NCBI RefSeq assembly: GCF_009914755.1
Contig: NC_060936.1
Length of the DNA: 64,000 bases
Reading direction: 5' to 3' (one strand)
DNA from: the human T2T-CHM13v2.0 reference genome, Homo sapiens
Position numbers and translations under genes: made by a program. Below the pieces are notes generated by a model. It had not been told where the DNA came from and did no database searches. It was given only the letters and a program-made list of their open reading frames with translations. Below, piece after piece: positions 29,772 to 44,944 of this stretch (position 1 is the first letter of the stretch; each line of letters begins with the position of its first letter).

Positions 29772-30052
29772 TCTCTTGAACTTATTCTTCCTATCCAACT
29801 CTAACTTTTCATCCTTTGACTAACATTTTCCCAACATTACTGCACCCAAAGCAGGCCAGCCTCTAGTAACCACCATTCTACTCTGTACTTCTGTGCTGAA
29901 AGCGGATGTTAAGTGTTCTTACCACAAAAATGATAACTATATGAGGTAATGCATTTTTTTAACTAGCTAGATTCAACCATTTCACAATGTATAAGTTCTT
30001 TGAAACATCATGTTTTACACAATACATAAAACTTTATCTGTCCATTTAAAAT
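29772..30052 (+). mobile_element. short L1MA 3'-UTR insertion with a 5' inversion (about 29772-29895 antisense)
   Basis: Antisense cagcctctagtaaccaccattctactct, then sense ggatgttaagtgttcttaccacaaaaatgataactatatgaggtaatg; degenerate TSD aatcaacatta / aatcagcatca. Confidence 0.8.
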
Positions 30053-30437
30053 AATCAGCATCACCTGAATTTAATAGGATCTCTCACAGTGATTAATAGC
30101 TTAACAACTAGTGTTTTGAAAGTCAAAACATCTGAATATTATGGAATTGCCTAGCATTTTATTTGCTTTATTATATGCTGTAAAAGAAAGTACTTAAACT
30201 GAGGAACTGACTTCCTTAGAAGCTAGAGTACACCAGATTTTCCTCCTTTTCCCTATTTTTTAATGACCAGGGAGCTGTGTGAAAATTGTTACTTAATTGG
30301 TTCTCTGTTAGTTACGTACCAGTTCTCTGAATCTCAGTGAAGAATATCACATCCTTAGCCTTAAACAACTTGGGTGAAAGTGACAATGATTTTGAGTCAG
30401 ACCAGACAACATTAAAGACTCCACAAAAATGGGATAA

Positions 30438-30833
<396 letters not shown>

Positions 30834-33427
30834 TAAAATACAGTAGACACAAATTACGACTTTATAGTAAGATGCTGAAGAATTCTGGCTTTTCAAACAA
30901 CCTTTCCAAATGTGGAAAGTTGCATTATGGTTGCATTTTTCCTAGACTTTTAGGAATTAACTGCTTTACCTCTAGAATAAATATGATAGAATACTTATGA
31001 ATATTAGAGAAAATATACAATCACACTTCAAATCCTTCACAAAAGAATGTCCAGTGTCTAAAGACTATGGATCGTTTCCAATTGAAACTGGAGCTCCTTC
31101 AAATGCTCATCTCAAAAATTCAGATAATTACAACAGAAACATCATCTATCATTTGACAAAAGACAGTTTAAAACATTGGAAATTTGAGCAAGATAATGTC
31201 ATAAATATAGCTATGTCTTCCTCCTAACATTTAAGAAAAAGTTTATTAAATCAGGTCATCAGGAAGTCACATGAATACACATTATCTTTATTTCCTACAA
31301 AAATGTTTCTCTAACTTAAGGCATAAATTTATAGAGATGGAACGTCAATATGCAGGTGACAGGTCTGATAGAGATCCAAAAATGTAAATTGTCCATTTGA
31401 ATAACACTGCTGTGTAAATCTGTGGTTGACAATACGATATTACCTAATATATTTTATATGCCTAAACTCCTTCTTATTCACTGGCATGAAGAAATGTGTC
31501 TATTCACATTAAGCAAAAATGGTTGATTTTTTTACTGGACAAAGGGAACTATACAATCTAAATGTTTCTCCTATTTTTGCCATACGTTCTAGTAACACAA
31601 CCTTGGTTAGAGTACAACTGTAGTGAATTATTAATTGGATGTTTGTTAATATGTGCATATTCCTTTTTAATATTTTTGTCCTGTTCTTATTGTTTTTGTT
31701 TAATATGCATGCAACATCAAGTCGAATTTTATTGTTATTAAAAAAAGTGTGGTAGTTACATATAAAGATAAATAAGTACCACCTGTATTGGTGATTATAG
31801 CTAATTATTGACAATCTAACATTAATTTGAAAACGTAGAGATGTTGTCCACAAAGGTGTAAATTTTTAGATATTATAGCAAAAATATTTCTTCTGTACAC
31901 AAGTATTTGAACATACCTAAGAGTCTGCAGAGGACTTAAAAGTATATTTTCCATTTGAAGTAAAATCCTATGGCCTTTAAAAACTAAGACGTGAATTATA
32001 TTTTAACCCACCCTAAGTTAAACATATTGAAAGGCTCTATTGTAATCACATCTTCAAATGTATGTTTTCTTCATTCTCATCTATGTTGAACCCTTAACAA
32101 TAATTGTTATCATTTATACTGTTAAATCCAAATTATTCCACCCTAGTTGACACTAAGTGTTTAAAGCAAATAAAGTCTCAACATATAAAACTTGATGTGC
32201 ACTTTTAAAATAGTATATAGTACTTACCCATCCAAGTAGAATGTAACAGCAGCTGAGAAGCTGTCAAGGAGAAAAATGCCAGAAGGATTAATAAATCATA
32301 TTGCTATAACATGATGATGAGAATTATAAACAGCTATGTAAAAATTAGGTCACTGGCAGTCAGATGACTTGGCTTCTTTTAGTGGTGGTAGTAGAGGAGT
32401 GTATATTTATCTTTTGTTATGCCCTGGTAAGTAGCTGGCAAGCTTGCAATATATAAACATTATTTAAAGATGTTATGATTGGCTTGAATCCAGGAAATGT
32501 TCTCAGATTTACCATTAGCTATCAGAGATCTTAAATATTGCTAGAGAGGATCGAAGAGGCAAAGGAAAGCCAGAAGTTAAAAAAAAAGATATTAATAGTA
32601 AAAAAGTTAGGAAATAAAGCATGCATACTTAATGATACAAAAATTTTAAAACAGTAAAATCTAAATGTTCACATAGTTCTTAAGAAAGAGTGATTATTAA
32701 AGCATGTTATTGAAACAAAGGGAGAAGTGATCTAAAACAAGGGCTTACAGAATACTTTTTAAAACTTTTTATTATTTTCATTATTTTATATACATGGAAA
32801 TCATTGTTCATAATGTATTTCTATAATATTATATATGAAAAGATCTATGTTGTTATTCACAGCCATTACTTGTAACTTTACACAAAAGTAGTGATATGAC
32901 CACCAGAACAAAAAAAAGAAACAAACAAAAAACTCACTTAATTCTCAATCCTCATGCAATTTAACTGAAGAAGCTCTTGAGAAGGCCAAGTAATAACTTA
33001 GTTGTGATGTACTAGATTTACTTTGGTGATTTAACAATGCTCATGCAATTAATGTTCTTTATTGATAAATAAGTTTTATTCAGATAAAAGTTAACTATAT
33101 TTATAAAATCATATTTCCATAGAAAAAGTCTATGAGGAGTGAGATGTGTTTACGCAATAAATGAGAAAAGTTTTTTAATATCAGTCCACTAAAATGATTC
33201 TACCTTGTATTACATAAATTAATAACTCTTGTTATGAACATAGATTTTAAAATGTAGTCAAGAAGTAAGAAAATTAAGGTCATTTTAATTCTACCTTGTG
33301 GAGTTATTCATTATTAATATTTGAGTCTACATGCCTGTCTTCTTCCCCTGTCTTATTATAGAAATGTTGGCTATTAAAGAAAAACACAAAGATATGTAAG
33401 ATACAAAGATGTAAAAAATGAATGTTT

Positions 33428-33852
<425 letters not shown>

Positions 33853-34156
33853 TTATGAAAATACACTGTTTTCTCACTTACTTTTTGTCTTAGCATTATA
33901 TCTTAGATGCCTTTCGATATCAATTCAAATACACCTACTTATTTAATGATCATATACTTGTAATAAAAGAATAAGAAGGATTAATTCACATGTAGCTTTC
34001 TAGTAATAGAATAATTCTGCACTTAACTATAACTCTTGATTATTAAATAAGGTTTTATAGTTAAAACATAACAAGACTAAAGTGATTTTGCAAGAAGACA
34101 CATAAAAGATGGTAAGGAGAATTGATGTTCTGTGCAAATTTCAATGATAGATGCTA

Positions 34157-34406
34157 TTATATTTGCTAGCACCACAGGGTAAGTATAGTCAAAAATCATT
34201 TAATTGTACATTTAAAATAAGTAGAAGAGTATCATTGAATTGTTTGTAACACAAAGGATAAATGCTTGAGGTGATGGATACCCCAGTTACCCTGGTGTGA
34301 TTATTATGCATTGCCTGCCTGTATCAAAATATCTCACGTAACCCACAAATATATACACCTACTATGTATCCACAAAAATTTAAAAAAATAAAAATTTTTA
34401 AAAAAA
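34157..34406 (+). mobile_element. L1MA2/3-like 3' end
   Basis: Similar to 870-947 joined to 1244-1395 (ttgtttgtaacacaaaggataaatgcttgaggtgatggatacc); A-rich tail. Confidence 0.9.
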
Positions 34407-35869
34407 GGAAATAAACTTTTATAACTAATAAAGCCAAACACTTCCTTCACTGAAGGCAGGTGTAAAAGATTTGATTCTGAATAGAATAGTGTGAGATTAC
34501 TGGGAGATTAATTCTAAAGATTTTCCTAGGTTGATGCTAAGAACTGCTATAAGTTATTTTCCAAAATTGAGAGGGCATTTGAAACTTAGGAGCTATTTAA
34601 ATATTGTTTAATTTTTATTTCAACTAACTTATTTTTGTCAAATTTATATGCATATATATTAAATATAAAAACAAAAAAAACTGTGGAAACAATCATGTAT
34701 TAAAAGGATGATATGCATTTGAAGAATGGACACTTATTCTCATAACAAAAGCCCTGAAAAAATGTTGTACAACACTTCATCTAATATCTAAGAAATCATT
34801 CCCCTAGATGGGAGTAGAGTATCTGTTCCAGTTTTTTCTAAGTTGTTGACTTTTTAATGGGAGATTTAAAATGTTTATACAGACTTCAATTGCTCTTGTT
34901 CCTAATAGGCACCATCAGAAATAACATGCTTTATACTGTTCAAGACAAATTTGTAAAAATAAATCACTTCTCATTTTTTTGATATTAATCATGGCATAGT
35001 TTCTTTTTTAAATCTTAGGTGATGGAAAAATAAATCATGTGCTGTGAATACCCTTTGAACCACAAGCATTGCAAATTGACATTACAGCATAGATTTTTCA
35101 TCTTGACAGCTTATCGTAGGAGCCAAATAGCCCCAGATTTTCATTAAAGAAGAACCAAATAAATCTGGTCGAACATAAATAAAACAAAATATTTGTTTAT
35201 CACTGTAAAGAAATCAACTTGTAGATTGAATTCCATATAATATTTATGTCAACTGCTACTTGATAGATTAAAATTAGCAGTAATTTTGTTGTTTTGAAAG
35301 GGCCAGAGAAAAGGGAATTTATTAAATTAAGAAACTGCACCTCAATTTGTTTTAAGGGTAGGAAATAAAAAGTAAACACAGGAATAAAGTCATATCATCT
35401 TTTTCAAGGCACAGAAGAAAAAAACATGTACAAACATGCTACAGAGTATTTGATTAACAGGAAATGCTTCTGCCAATACAAATCTCAATGCTATAAGCTG
35501 TTGTTTTGTCAGCGTACTTGTAGGATAAAAGGAATCAGCTTGAACGTATTCTAAAATACCCAGAAATAGTGTCTCTGTGCAAATATGTGATATATTGACA
35601 TAAAAAGATCAGATGAGCAATTTTTTTTCTACCATAAATTCATACAAAGAGCCAGAAAAAGAGTCAAGGATCTCCTGCTATTGCAGAATATTTCATTAAA
35701 GGTAAATTTCCAGTAAAATACTGCTGTGTTTTTGGAGTAGAAATTAGGTTCTGCACATGACGTGGGTTAAAGAGGATATCTAAGTAAATATAAGACAATT
35801 TAACGCAGAATCTAAATTAAGGATTATGATCCTCCTCTTCCTTTTAAAAAATATTTTTATTATAACCGC

Positions 35870-36092
35870 TATTAACAACTATTGTTATATAATAGATGTT
35901 GTGCTTATTCTTCAGATGTGTTCACTTTATTTAATCCTCCACAGCACTTCTATGAAGCAGCTATCATTAATGCCACTCTAGAAATGAAAAAACTGGTCAC
36001 AGAGAGACAGTAATTTGCTTTTGGTCAACTAGTTAGTGAGTGTCAAAGGCAGAAGTGAAGTAAGATTATCTGATTCCAGTGGCTGTTCTTTT
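35870..36092 (-). mobile_element. MIR
   Basis: atttaatcctccacagcacttctatgaag...gaaaaaactgg...agtaatttgc...ctgattccag. Confidence 0.7.
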
Positions 36093-36324
36093 GATTCCTG
36101 TGTAGATGTCAAAATAACCCATTTGTATAGAACTTTGAGAGTTCTTAAAGAAATTTTAAGCCTCTTATCTAATTTTTCACTTGTAACTATTATATTCAGT
36201 CTGTGGGGTGGTAGCTGTTCTGTATAATAGAGACACTAAAAATATATCTGGTTTTTAGTAGTAGTTCTAGGAGTGATTAACTTCAGAGCTTATGATATTA
36301 TCAACTGAAGATTCTATTGCAATT

Positions 36325-36463
36325 GCATCTCCCTTGCCTTCTGCCCAATCCAGCTTCTCTTACTTCCTTCACAGTGGTTTTCTCTAAGAATAATACCCAA
36401 ATAAATTTCTTGTATGTTAATCCATATTTAAGAGTCTATTTCCAGGGACACTGACCTAAAATA
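36325..36463 (+). mobile_element. LTR16-like ERVL LTR 3' end
   Basis: ttctgcccaatccagcttc...aataaa...agagtctatttccagggacactgacctaa. Confidence 0.6.
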
Positions 36464-37281
36464 GTAATTTTTCAAAATCAAGCCATTCTCTTGAGTCTTT
36501 TGTTGAATCATCTTAGTCTCTTTAAAATTCTTTTGCCCTTTTCTTATTTTTTTTCAGTACCTTCGTTTATTGTTGTAACCTATGAAGTATATTTGTTTTT
36601 TAGTTATGTTATTCTGTTCCCATATTAGGAGGCTCCAGCTTGTGGCACTTTGTTTCCTTAGGTGTTTTGTGATTTTTCTTTAGTATAAATTTATATTTCT
36701 AAATTTTTATTTGTGATAATTGCTTGTAGTGACTGAAGACAAGTTCTTCTGGGAAAAAAAATGCAATTGTTTCTGCTACGGATTGGGGGCTATACCAACC
36801 TAGATGCACTTTAAACTGTAGTATTGCATTAAGGTTTTCGCATCACACAATTTGAGGAAATTCAGGCTGCAATCCAACATAAAGGCTGTTTTTTAGCTAG
36901 AAGCATTACTTTTTTCCCCCTTCATTCAGCACTAGAAGTCAAGATAGGTATAGCTCCTTATAAAACCCTGAATGAGTGGACATTTATTCCTGTTTTATGC
37001 TTAAAGGAGGGGCTAGGCCATTTGCTGGGCCTAGGTTTATGCAGGGATTATGCTTTCGATTTTCTATTTTCAGCCACCACTGGACATTTTCTCTCTATAC
37101 CTTGTGCTTTGAAAATATATGAAAACAAAAACTCAAGTTTACTAGAATGTGCAATGGCTTTCAAGGTGGAAACCAGTATCAGCATTCTGCTTGTCACTTT
37201 CATTTTATCCTTTCATTTACTTATGCCTTGGATACTCTTTACTTTCTATTTAGTTCATCAATGCATTTGAATGTTTTAATA

Positions 37282-37805
37282 CAACAGTACCAATCTTTTT
37301 GGCACTAGGGACTGGTTTCGTGGAAAACAATTTTTTCACAGACCGGGGTGGGGGCATACGGTTTCAGGATGTTTCAAGTGCATTACATTTATTGCACACT
37401 TTATTTCTATTATTATTACATTGTAATACATAATGAAATAATTATGTAACTCACCATAATGTAGAATCAGTGGGAGCCCTGAGCTTTTTTTCCTGCAAAT
37501 AGATAGTCCCATCTGGGGGTGATGGAAGACAGTGACAGATCATCAGGCATTAGATTCTCATAAGGCGTGTGCAACCTATATCCCTTGCATGTGCAGTTCA
37601 CTAGAGTTCGGACTCCTGTGAGACTCTAATGCCAAGACAGATCTGACAGGAGGTGGAGCTCAGGTGGTAATGCATTGATGGGGAGCAGCTGTAAATACAG
37701 ATAAGCTTCTCTTGCTCTCTGGCCACTCAGGTCCTGTTGTGTGGCCTGGTTCCTAACAGGCCATGGACCAGTATTGATCTGTGGCCCAGGGTTTGGAGAC
37801 CCCTG
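37282..37805 (-). mobile_element. MER1A (hAT-Charlie), full length
   Basis: ctttttggcactagggactggtttcgtggaa ... ggtttggagacccctg; 8-bp TSD ttttaata / ttttaaca. Confidence 0.93.
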
Positions 37806-38149
37806 TTTTAACATATTCAGCATTTATGTTTTGTTTGTTTTCTCCAGCAAAAAAAAAAAAAAAAAAGGATGAGCAGATTAACCATTCAGCCATACTGCAG
37901 AAAGGTGTTTCTCCCAGTAACAGTCATCAAATTGCTTCATTTTTAACATGTGGTCCTTTTCCCCCAGCCCAGCCAGCTGTAATTAAGTGAAAGTACAGAG
38001 CAGAGATGTGAACTCTTTTTCATTTTAATAAAAGCTATATTACTGACATAATAGACGAAGATTTGGAAGAATGAAAAATTAAATCAGTCTTCCCTCTCAT
38101 TATAACTAAAGGATAATTACTCTATCCAGTATAAAGAAAGGTTGAAAAA

Positions 38150-38982
38150 TGCATTAGAGAGAAATACTTAAAAACTGATGGGATCTAAGAAGACTCTTTT
38201 CATTGTATTTTCTGCTATCATTGAGAAGTACATGAGATTTTGACAGAACCCACAGAACAGTTTGGAATTCTAAAAATACCACATTTTCCCTTAATTATTT
38301 CTGGAACAGTGTAAAGAATTATGCTTTTAGAATTCCCTAATAACCCAATGAAAAGGGTTAAGATGTATTTTTGTTGCTTAAGAAGGGGAAGGCACAAGGC
38401 AGCCATAGCAAGTATCCTATGATCCCCGAGTAACAAGAAGAGCAAAACAAACAAACAAACAAACAAACAAACACAAAGTTTGGCTGAGAGAAAGCAAGCA
38501 GATGTTGAAAGGGTCTGTGATTGTGATAAGAAGACATTATAACAAAGAGTAGTGTAAAATGTATGTCAAGAAACCAGGTGGAAATACAGAAACCTCAACA
38601 GATGCCAATGTGGTGGGTATGTGAGACATGATTGTACATCACAATAGATGTCAGTATAGGACAATGGAAGGCTGATTCCCAGATGCCTCACCATCTAATA
38701 TAATTGTACTGTATGAACTTTCCAGAAGTTAAACCAATCCAAAAAGCAAGGAAGAAGGGGGGGAGACAATTTTGATTTAACTGAATTAAAACCCAAAATG
38801 CCTGAGAATCCTTTAAAACCTCTGAACTTACTTGGAATTGATTCAGTTAAGTTTTTCTGCCTCTAAGCAAAATGGGAATGTAATTAGAAGACAATTCTGT
38901 TTATGAAAAAAATAATGAAATTAAAATAAAGCGAATTACATATTGTGTTCACTTGAATTTTACAAAATATGTATCCACTACA
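38150..38982 (+). mobile_element. possible MamGypLTR1-like ancient LTR
   Basis: 3' end aagtttttctgcctc...aataaagcgaattacat...atccactaca resembles that family. Confidence 0.45.
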
Positions 38983-38989
38983 TGTGGAG

Positions 38990-40620
38990 ATCAAGAGGCT
39001 AGTCTCTCAAGAAAAATGTCGTGGTCAATTCTGTAAAATACTGCCGACAGCTAAGGTAGGATGGGAATATGTAGGATCTGGCAACAAGTTATTAATTGGT
39101 GACATAGAATCAGAACTCTAGTGTGGCAAAATTAAATGAAAGTTGAGAAAGTTTAAGTTGCCTTTATAAAAGAGAAAATAAAAACTGTTGTTAAAAGCTA
39201 GTTATGAAGGGAGATTGAAATAAAAAGACAAATTAAAAATAATTGCTAACAAGAGATATTAGGTCAAGACAAAGCATGCCATGTTTTATTTAAGATTAGG
39301 GATATGAGGTCATGTTTGATCAGAAGGAGACTGTGACAGAAATTAAGATGTTGAAGACTCAGGAACAAAAACAGCTAAAAACAGTGGGAGTAGAGGGGAA
39401 TGCATGTGCAGGGGCTGAACTTGAATCGGAGCAGCGTGTCCTTCATTCTAATGGAAAGGGGCATAGTATGAGCTGAATATTTGTGCCCTCCTCTCAAAAT
39501 TCATATATACAAATCCTCAGCCCCAATGTAATGGCAGTAGGAGGTAGAGCCTTTGATAAGTGATTATGTCTTCAGGTGGTGCCCACTAGAATAAGATTAA
39601 TAACCCCCATAGAAAGAGACCCAAGAGAGCTTGCTTCTTCTCTCTCTGCCCTGTAGCACATGAGGATACAAAAGAAGACCACCGTCTACAAATCAGGAGG
39701 AGTGCCCTCACCGCAAACCAGATCTGTCAGAGCCTTGATCTTGGATGTTCCAGCCACTGGAATTGTGAGAAATAAATGATTGTTGTTGAAGTCACCAAAT
39801 ATGTAGTATTCTATTATACAGTAGCCTGAACTGATGGGACAGAGAGGCAGCAGGTCAGTTCTTACATATGGTAGCAAAAAGATTATGTAGTTACCATCTG
39901 CTGTATTTGTTCTGGTAAGAAGTGAAATAATATACTGAGATTAAGAGAGGGAGGAAAGGAGTAGGAAAACATTTAAATAGTGTGTATAAGATGTTATTTA
40001 ATTGCGGAACTTGGCCGAGTAAACTTGCTGAAGAAACATGATTTTTTGTGTGTTTTGTGGAAAGCCCACTTGAGTTTGGTTCTCTACATAAACTGTAGAG
40101 AATCCAATCTACTTAGGATGCTTTGCTATTCAGGGATTTTGTCCAGAGTTTCCATCTCGCCTAATGAGTGCGAGATTAGAACAAGGGAGTCAAGAATATT
40201 TTAAACACAGTAATAGTAAGTATTATGCAAAAATGAAGAGAAGCTGGGTGTGAAGAGTGTGAAAGTATTAGGGAGATGACTAATCCCGAGAGAGGGTCAG
40301 TGAGTTGGGCCCCTCCTTGTAGAAATCATTTGTGATGATGGTAGCTGTTAAGGTGATGATTTCAGTTGATGAAATCATCAATGATTTGAAAGAAGTAACT
40401 GGAAAATTTGTAAACACTCCACATCAGAAAGGAAAGGGGGAGGTAGACACGGAAGCCAGGCAGTTCAAATCTGATGGTTAAAGCTTAGCAGAAATAATTG
40501 CCTGGAAGCAGCACAAGGAAGCAAGGGAGAATCATAATCGTGAAGAATCTGTGATGGATAGATTTCTATTTCATTTTGGGGTCAATGGAAGTATTTGTGA
40601 ACATGGAAAAATGTGTCATT
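38990..40620 (-). mobile_element. L2 remnants, interrupted by MLT1A
   Basis: Purine-rich diverged sequence resembling antisense L2 (gcaggggctgaacttgaatcggagcag...cttcattctaatggaaagggg). Confidence 0.45.
39464..39841 (+). mobile_element. MLT1A-type solo LTR
   Basis: caaaattcatatatacaaatcct...ccttgatcttggatgttccagcc...gtgagaaataaatg. Confidence 0.88.
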
Positions 40621-40789
40621 TCTTTGAATGGGCTGCCTTCTAAGAAGGCAGTCACAGGAAATACTCAAATAAAGACTAAATATTAGTTATACTGTGAAGA
40701 AGTTATTTTGTATCTTCAGATACAAAAGATTAGATCATATAATCTTTGAAATCTCATCCTACTCCAACATCTCTTCTGAAACTGACTGT

Positions 40790-43570
40790 TCATCCTCCCA
40801 CCACCTACATGTTTTTCTCTTAAGTTCAGTTATTAGCAAAATCGACTATATCCTTAATCTCTTCCTTGAATGTCTGTCACACTGACTTGCTCTAACTTAA
40901 ACCTGGCTATTTTCCAATGATAACCTTTCTTCTGCATACTTTATATGTTTTTACCCAAAGTGGGTAAGTGTATTTTTGTATTAACCACCCTGAAGAGATA
41001 TTCATACAACTGTCTTTACCTTTTCTATAAAAAGCCTCTCTCTGTTGCTGTCATCAAAAGTCCCCTTCCTTTGTTCTTTGATAATCTTAGTTCTTTACTC
41101 ATTGTAATTCTCTCCAAAACTACTTCTGTGGTAATTAATTCACAGTTGAAGACCTAGCTTCTCCATTCTTCTTCTCAATCATCTTGGTCCCCATTTTAAC
41201 TCCAAAACTAACTTCTGTGATTGTATCCATGACTTTACAGTAAGCCACACTGTTGGCTTACTAACAATTACTATTATCCTAACACCTCAATTTCAAATAT
41301 GTCTTATAATTTTCTATTTTTTCAGCTCAATCCCTCTTAGAACCCAGCTCCAAGAATCTTTTGAAGCCACTGAAACCTTACCACTTTTCTTTATGTCTCC
41401 TTCCTCACCCAACATTCATACTTCCCTTATTATCCGGCTTAAATTTTATTGCTAATCACTATAAAATCACTTCCTTAAATGCAACATTGTTTCCTATCTT
41501 ATTTGTATAGTATATTAACTAAATCACCCCAACAATGATTGAAAACAGTTCTCCACATACTATTCATCTGCACCTCCACCAGTGAACGAGCCTGGAGGGA
41601 AAACCAAACACCCAGGACTGACTCTCCTTTAAGATCATGAGCACTAACTCACATTGTATCATCCTAATTCATTCACTTTTTTACTGTACCTATATAGAAG
41701 TCTTCTGTACTATGTCCTCTTGCCTCAAAATTATCCACTGTCTGCTGTGACCACTTTTTCTACTTCACAGAAGAAAGAAAATCATTTAAAAGACAAATTA
41801 CAAAAACTGTCTCTTCACATCCATTTTCCCACATTTATACTTGAATATTCTAATTTATTTTATTAGCATGGACTGGACCCTAAGTAAATACAGTCCTTCT
41901 ATTGTGTACATAACCTTATCCCTTTCCTTCTCGTGGGCATTGCTCTAGTAATTTTCCCATCTCTCTCTTGAACCATCAAATTTTCCCATCAACTGGATCA
42001 TATCCATCAACATCAAGCTAACTTGCAATTCTATAAAAAAAAAAAAAAAACCTGCCAATTTTATAAAGACAAATTATCTTGGCCCACTTTCTCTTCCAGC
42101 TATTATCTCATTTCTCTTCTATCAATAAAGTAAAACTCATTGAAATGGCTGCTTCGCTTGATTCCTTAAATATTTTTCTACCTATTTTCTTTTGGGTCAA
42201 CTATCATCAAATTTTTATCCCCACAGCTCCAGCATAACTGCTCATTTTGTTGTTAAAATTAGTTTCTACAGTGCTAAGTCCAATGGTCAATTTTCAGTAC
42301 TCACCTTTTTTGGCCTATCAGAAGCAATTGGCACCATTGATGAGTCTAGCCAACTAAAATACTTTTTTTTTTTTTTTTTTTTAACTTGGCCTCTTTCCTA
42401 ATAACACACGGGCCTGGTTTTCCTTCTATTTTGCTGACTACTTTTCCTCAGTCTACTTTTTTCTTAAATAATCTAGAAAACCTCTAAATTTTAAGCTACC
42501 TCAAGATTCAATCTTTGAACTGTATCTCTATATTGATTCCCCTAAGTGATTTCATCCAGTTTCGAAGACAAATTCCATGCCAGTACCGATGCCTTTCAAA
42601 TTTATGTCTCCAGCTCCTAATACTTTCTGAACTCCAAACTTACTTGTACAACTACATAAGCTAGTTATATAAAATTTAATAAGTCAAGAACAGAGACCTT
42701 CACATCCACCCCTAAAATTTCCTGTTTTGTCTTCACCAACACAGTCAATAACAATTCTTTCCTTCCAGTTTCCCAGTTAAAAAAAAAACAGACTTCCTTT
42801 AGTCTTTTATTTTTCTCTCACATACACAACTTGAGTAAATACTACTGGCATTTCTTTCAAAATATATCTCAGCAATTCTTGCTTGCACACTAGTCCAAGT
42901 CTCTTACCTAAATTTTAGAATAAACTTCTACCTATTTCTCTGCTTTTTCTTTTACTTTTTAGTCTATTTTAAAAAGAAGCCAGAGTGACCCTGGTTAAAC
43001 TTAGGACAGATCACAATACCACACTACTGAAAAGGCTTTAATTGATCACTGTTTTCCTTTTCAAAGTGAATGCTAGGGCATTCTATTTGTTCTGTAAACT
43101 TACTTATAATCTGACTTTCTTCTCCTCATGGACCTCATCTACCACAACATTTGTACTCAGTCATTGCCTACTCCGCCTTTATAATTTCAAAACTGCATTA
43201 AGGTCACACACCACCTGAAGGTCTTTGATCTGGTTGTTCCCTTTTTCTGGATTCTCTTCTCACACATATTTGTTTTCCTTCATATCTTAATTTTTTAAAT
43301 AATGTTTTTAGTGAGGTATTCCAGCCAAACTACCCCAATTAAAATTGTTATTTTAATTCTTAGACTTAACATGTCCTTAACTTTTTAAAAAATTGTATCA
43401 CTTGCTACTATTCAATATATGGATACTTTATATAGTTCCTTGGTTAATTTGTTTTCCTTCTAGAATAAATATCTTCATACAGGTGAGGATTTTTGACTGC
43501 TTTGTTCAATAATGGATCCACAAAGCTGATACACAGAGCAGGTACTCAATTAATATTTGTTAAATGAATC
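40790..43570 (+). mobile_element. L2a LINE remnant (about 2.8 kb) with 3' end
   Basis: Reverse-transcriptase motif remnant SNGQFSVLTFFGLSEAIGTID (compare LDLSAAFDTVD) at about 42278-42340; 3' end caggtactcaattaatatttgttaaatgaat. Confidence 0.85.
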
Positions 43571-44152
43571 ATGCCATTCATTCAATTTTATAGTCAGTTG
43601 CAAGTATGAAATTCAGTTTACATTCATCCAACTCATACGAGGAGTGCGTTACATATTGTTCGATTTTATTACTGCTTTTGGAAGTCAGCCTCTGTATCAA
43701 TACAATTTCAGGACTGATTATTAATAGAAAATGTTAAGAATATGACACATATGTCTATGCATTTCAATTGTAAAAATAAATTAAGTCCAAGACTGGGCTT
43801 ATTAATTAGGACTTTGGGGTTGAATTTCCAACCTTGCCACAAAATTAGCTGGTCCTGTGAATCTCTAAAACTGAAGAGGTTGAACACAAAAGCCCGTTTA
43901 TATTTTTTTATGGTGTCCATGCTATTACTGGGAAAAAGCTCTTTTATCATAAAATTTTATTAAATACCTATTCATAGCTATAGCAGAAAGGGACAAAAGG
44001 AAGATTTTTGGTGTAGTAAGCATTGAATAAATGCCATTAAATGATTGTCGTTAGGGTATCCACTTTTATTTATTATTGTCATTCCAATTTTTGTCTTATT
44101 ACTCTCCTTAAGATGGGTAAAGCAGATTTTTAATTCAGCTATGTTTCCCTGT

Positions 44153-44154
<2 letters not shown>

Positions 44155-44183
<29 letters not shown>
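44155..44183. repeat. poly(A)29 tract
   Basis: Read directly from the sequence. Confidence 0.95.
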
Positions 44184-44186
<3 letters not shown>

Positions 44187-44480
44187 ATGTTATAATTGAG
44201 ACAAAAGCTTTTTGGAAAGCAAACAAATAAGCTACAAATGATATAAACTTAAGTCAAAGCAAACATTTTTCAATGTTTGTAGTACCTGTCCTAAAGATAT
44301 GCTGTTATATTTACAAGTCTATATTTTATTCATAAAGAGTAAATTTCCAAATTCAAATACATGTTTATTCAACTTTAAAATTTATATATTCAGATATAAA
44401 TCATTTTTAGTCATTTACTCTTTTAATAACATCCAAACTAAATAAAGCATATATTCTCACTTAGGAAGAATATGTATATA

Positions 44481-44823
44481 CAGTTAGCCCTCCATATACA
44501 TGGGTTCTACAATCGTAGGTTCAGCAACTGCAGATGTAAAATATTTGGGGGAAAAAAAAAGGATGGTTGCATTTGTACTGAACATGCACAGACTTTTCTT
44601 ATCATTATTCTCTAAACAATACAGAATAATAACAATTTACATAGCATTTACATTGAATTAGATATTATAAGTAATCTAGAGATTATTTATACTATAAATG
44701 AGGATATGCACAGGTTATATGCAAATACTACACTATTTTATATAAGGAACTTGAGCATCTATGGATTTTGTTATCTGCCTGGTGGTCCTGGAACAAATCC
44801 CCCTTGGATACTGAGGAACAATT
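44481..44823 (+). mobile_element. MER2 (Tigger-group) element
   Basis: ta|cagttagccctccatatacatgggttc ... ggaacaaatcccccttggatactgaggaacaat. Confidence 0.9.
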
Positions 44824-44828
44824 ATTTT

Positions 44829-44944
44829 TGTGTGTGTGCGTGTGTGTGTATATATATTTATTTATGTATGCACACAAACACACACACACACACATATATA
44901 TACACACACACATAAGTCCTAAGGCATATTATATATATATATGT
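44829..44944. repeat. (TG)n-(TA)n-(CA)n compound microsatellite
   Basis: Read directly from the sequence. Confidence 0.9.

Noticed and set aside
30997-31227. 76-aa ORF
   Set aside because: No recognisable homology and no convincing flanking splice sites.
44139-44192. Poly(A)29 as a tail-only retroinsertion flanked by ctatgtt
   Set aside because: The 7-bp match is too short and its A-rich side does not match, so simple homopolymer expansion is equally likely.
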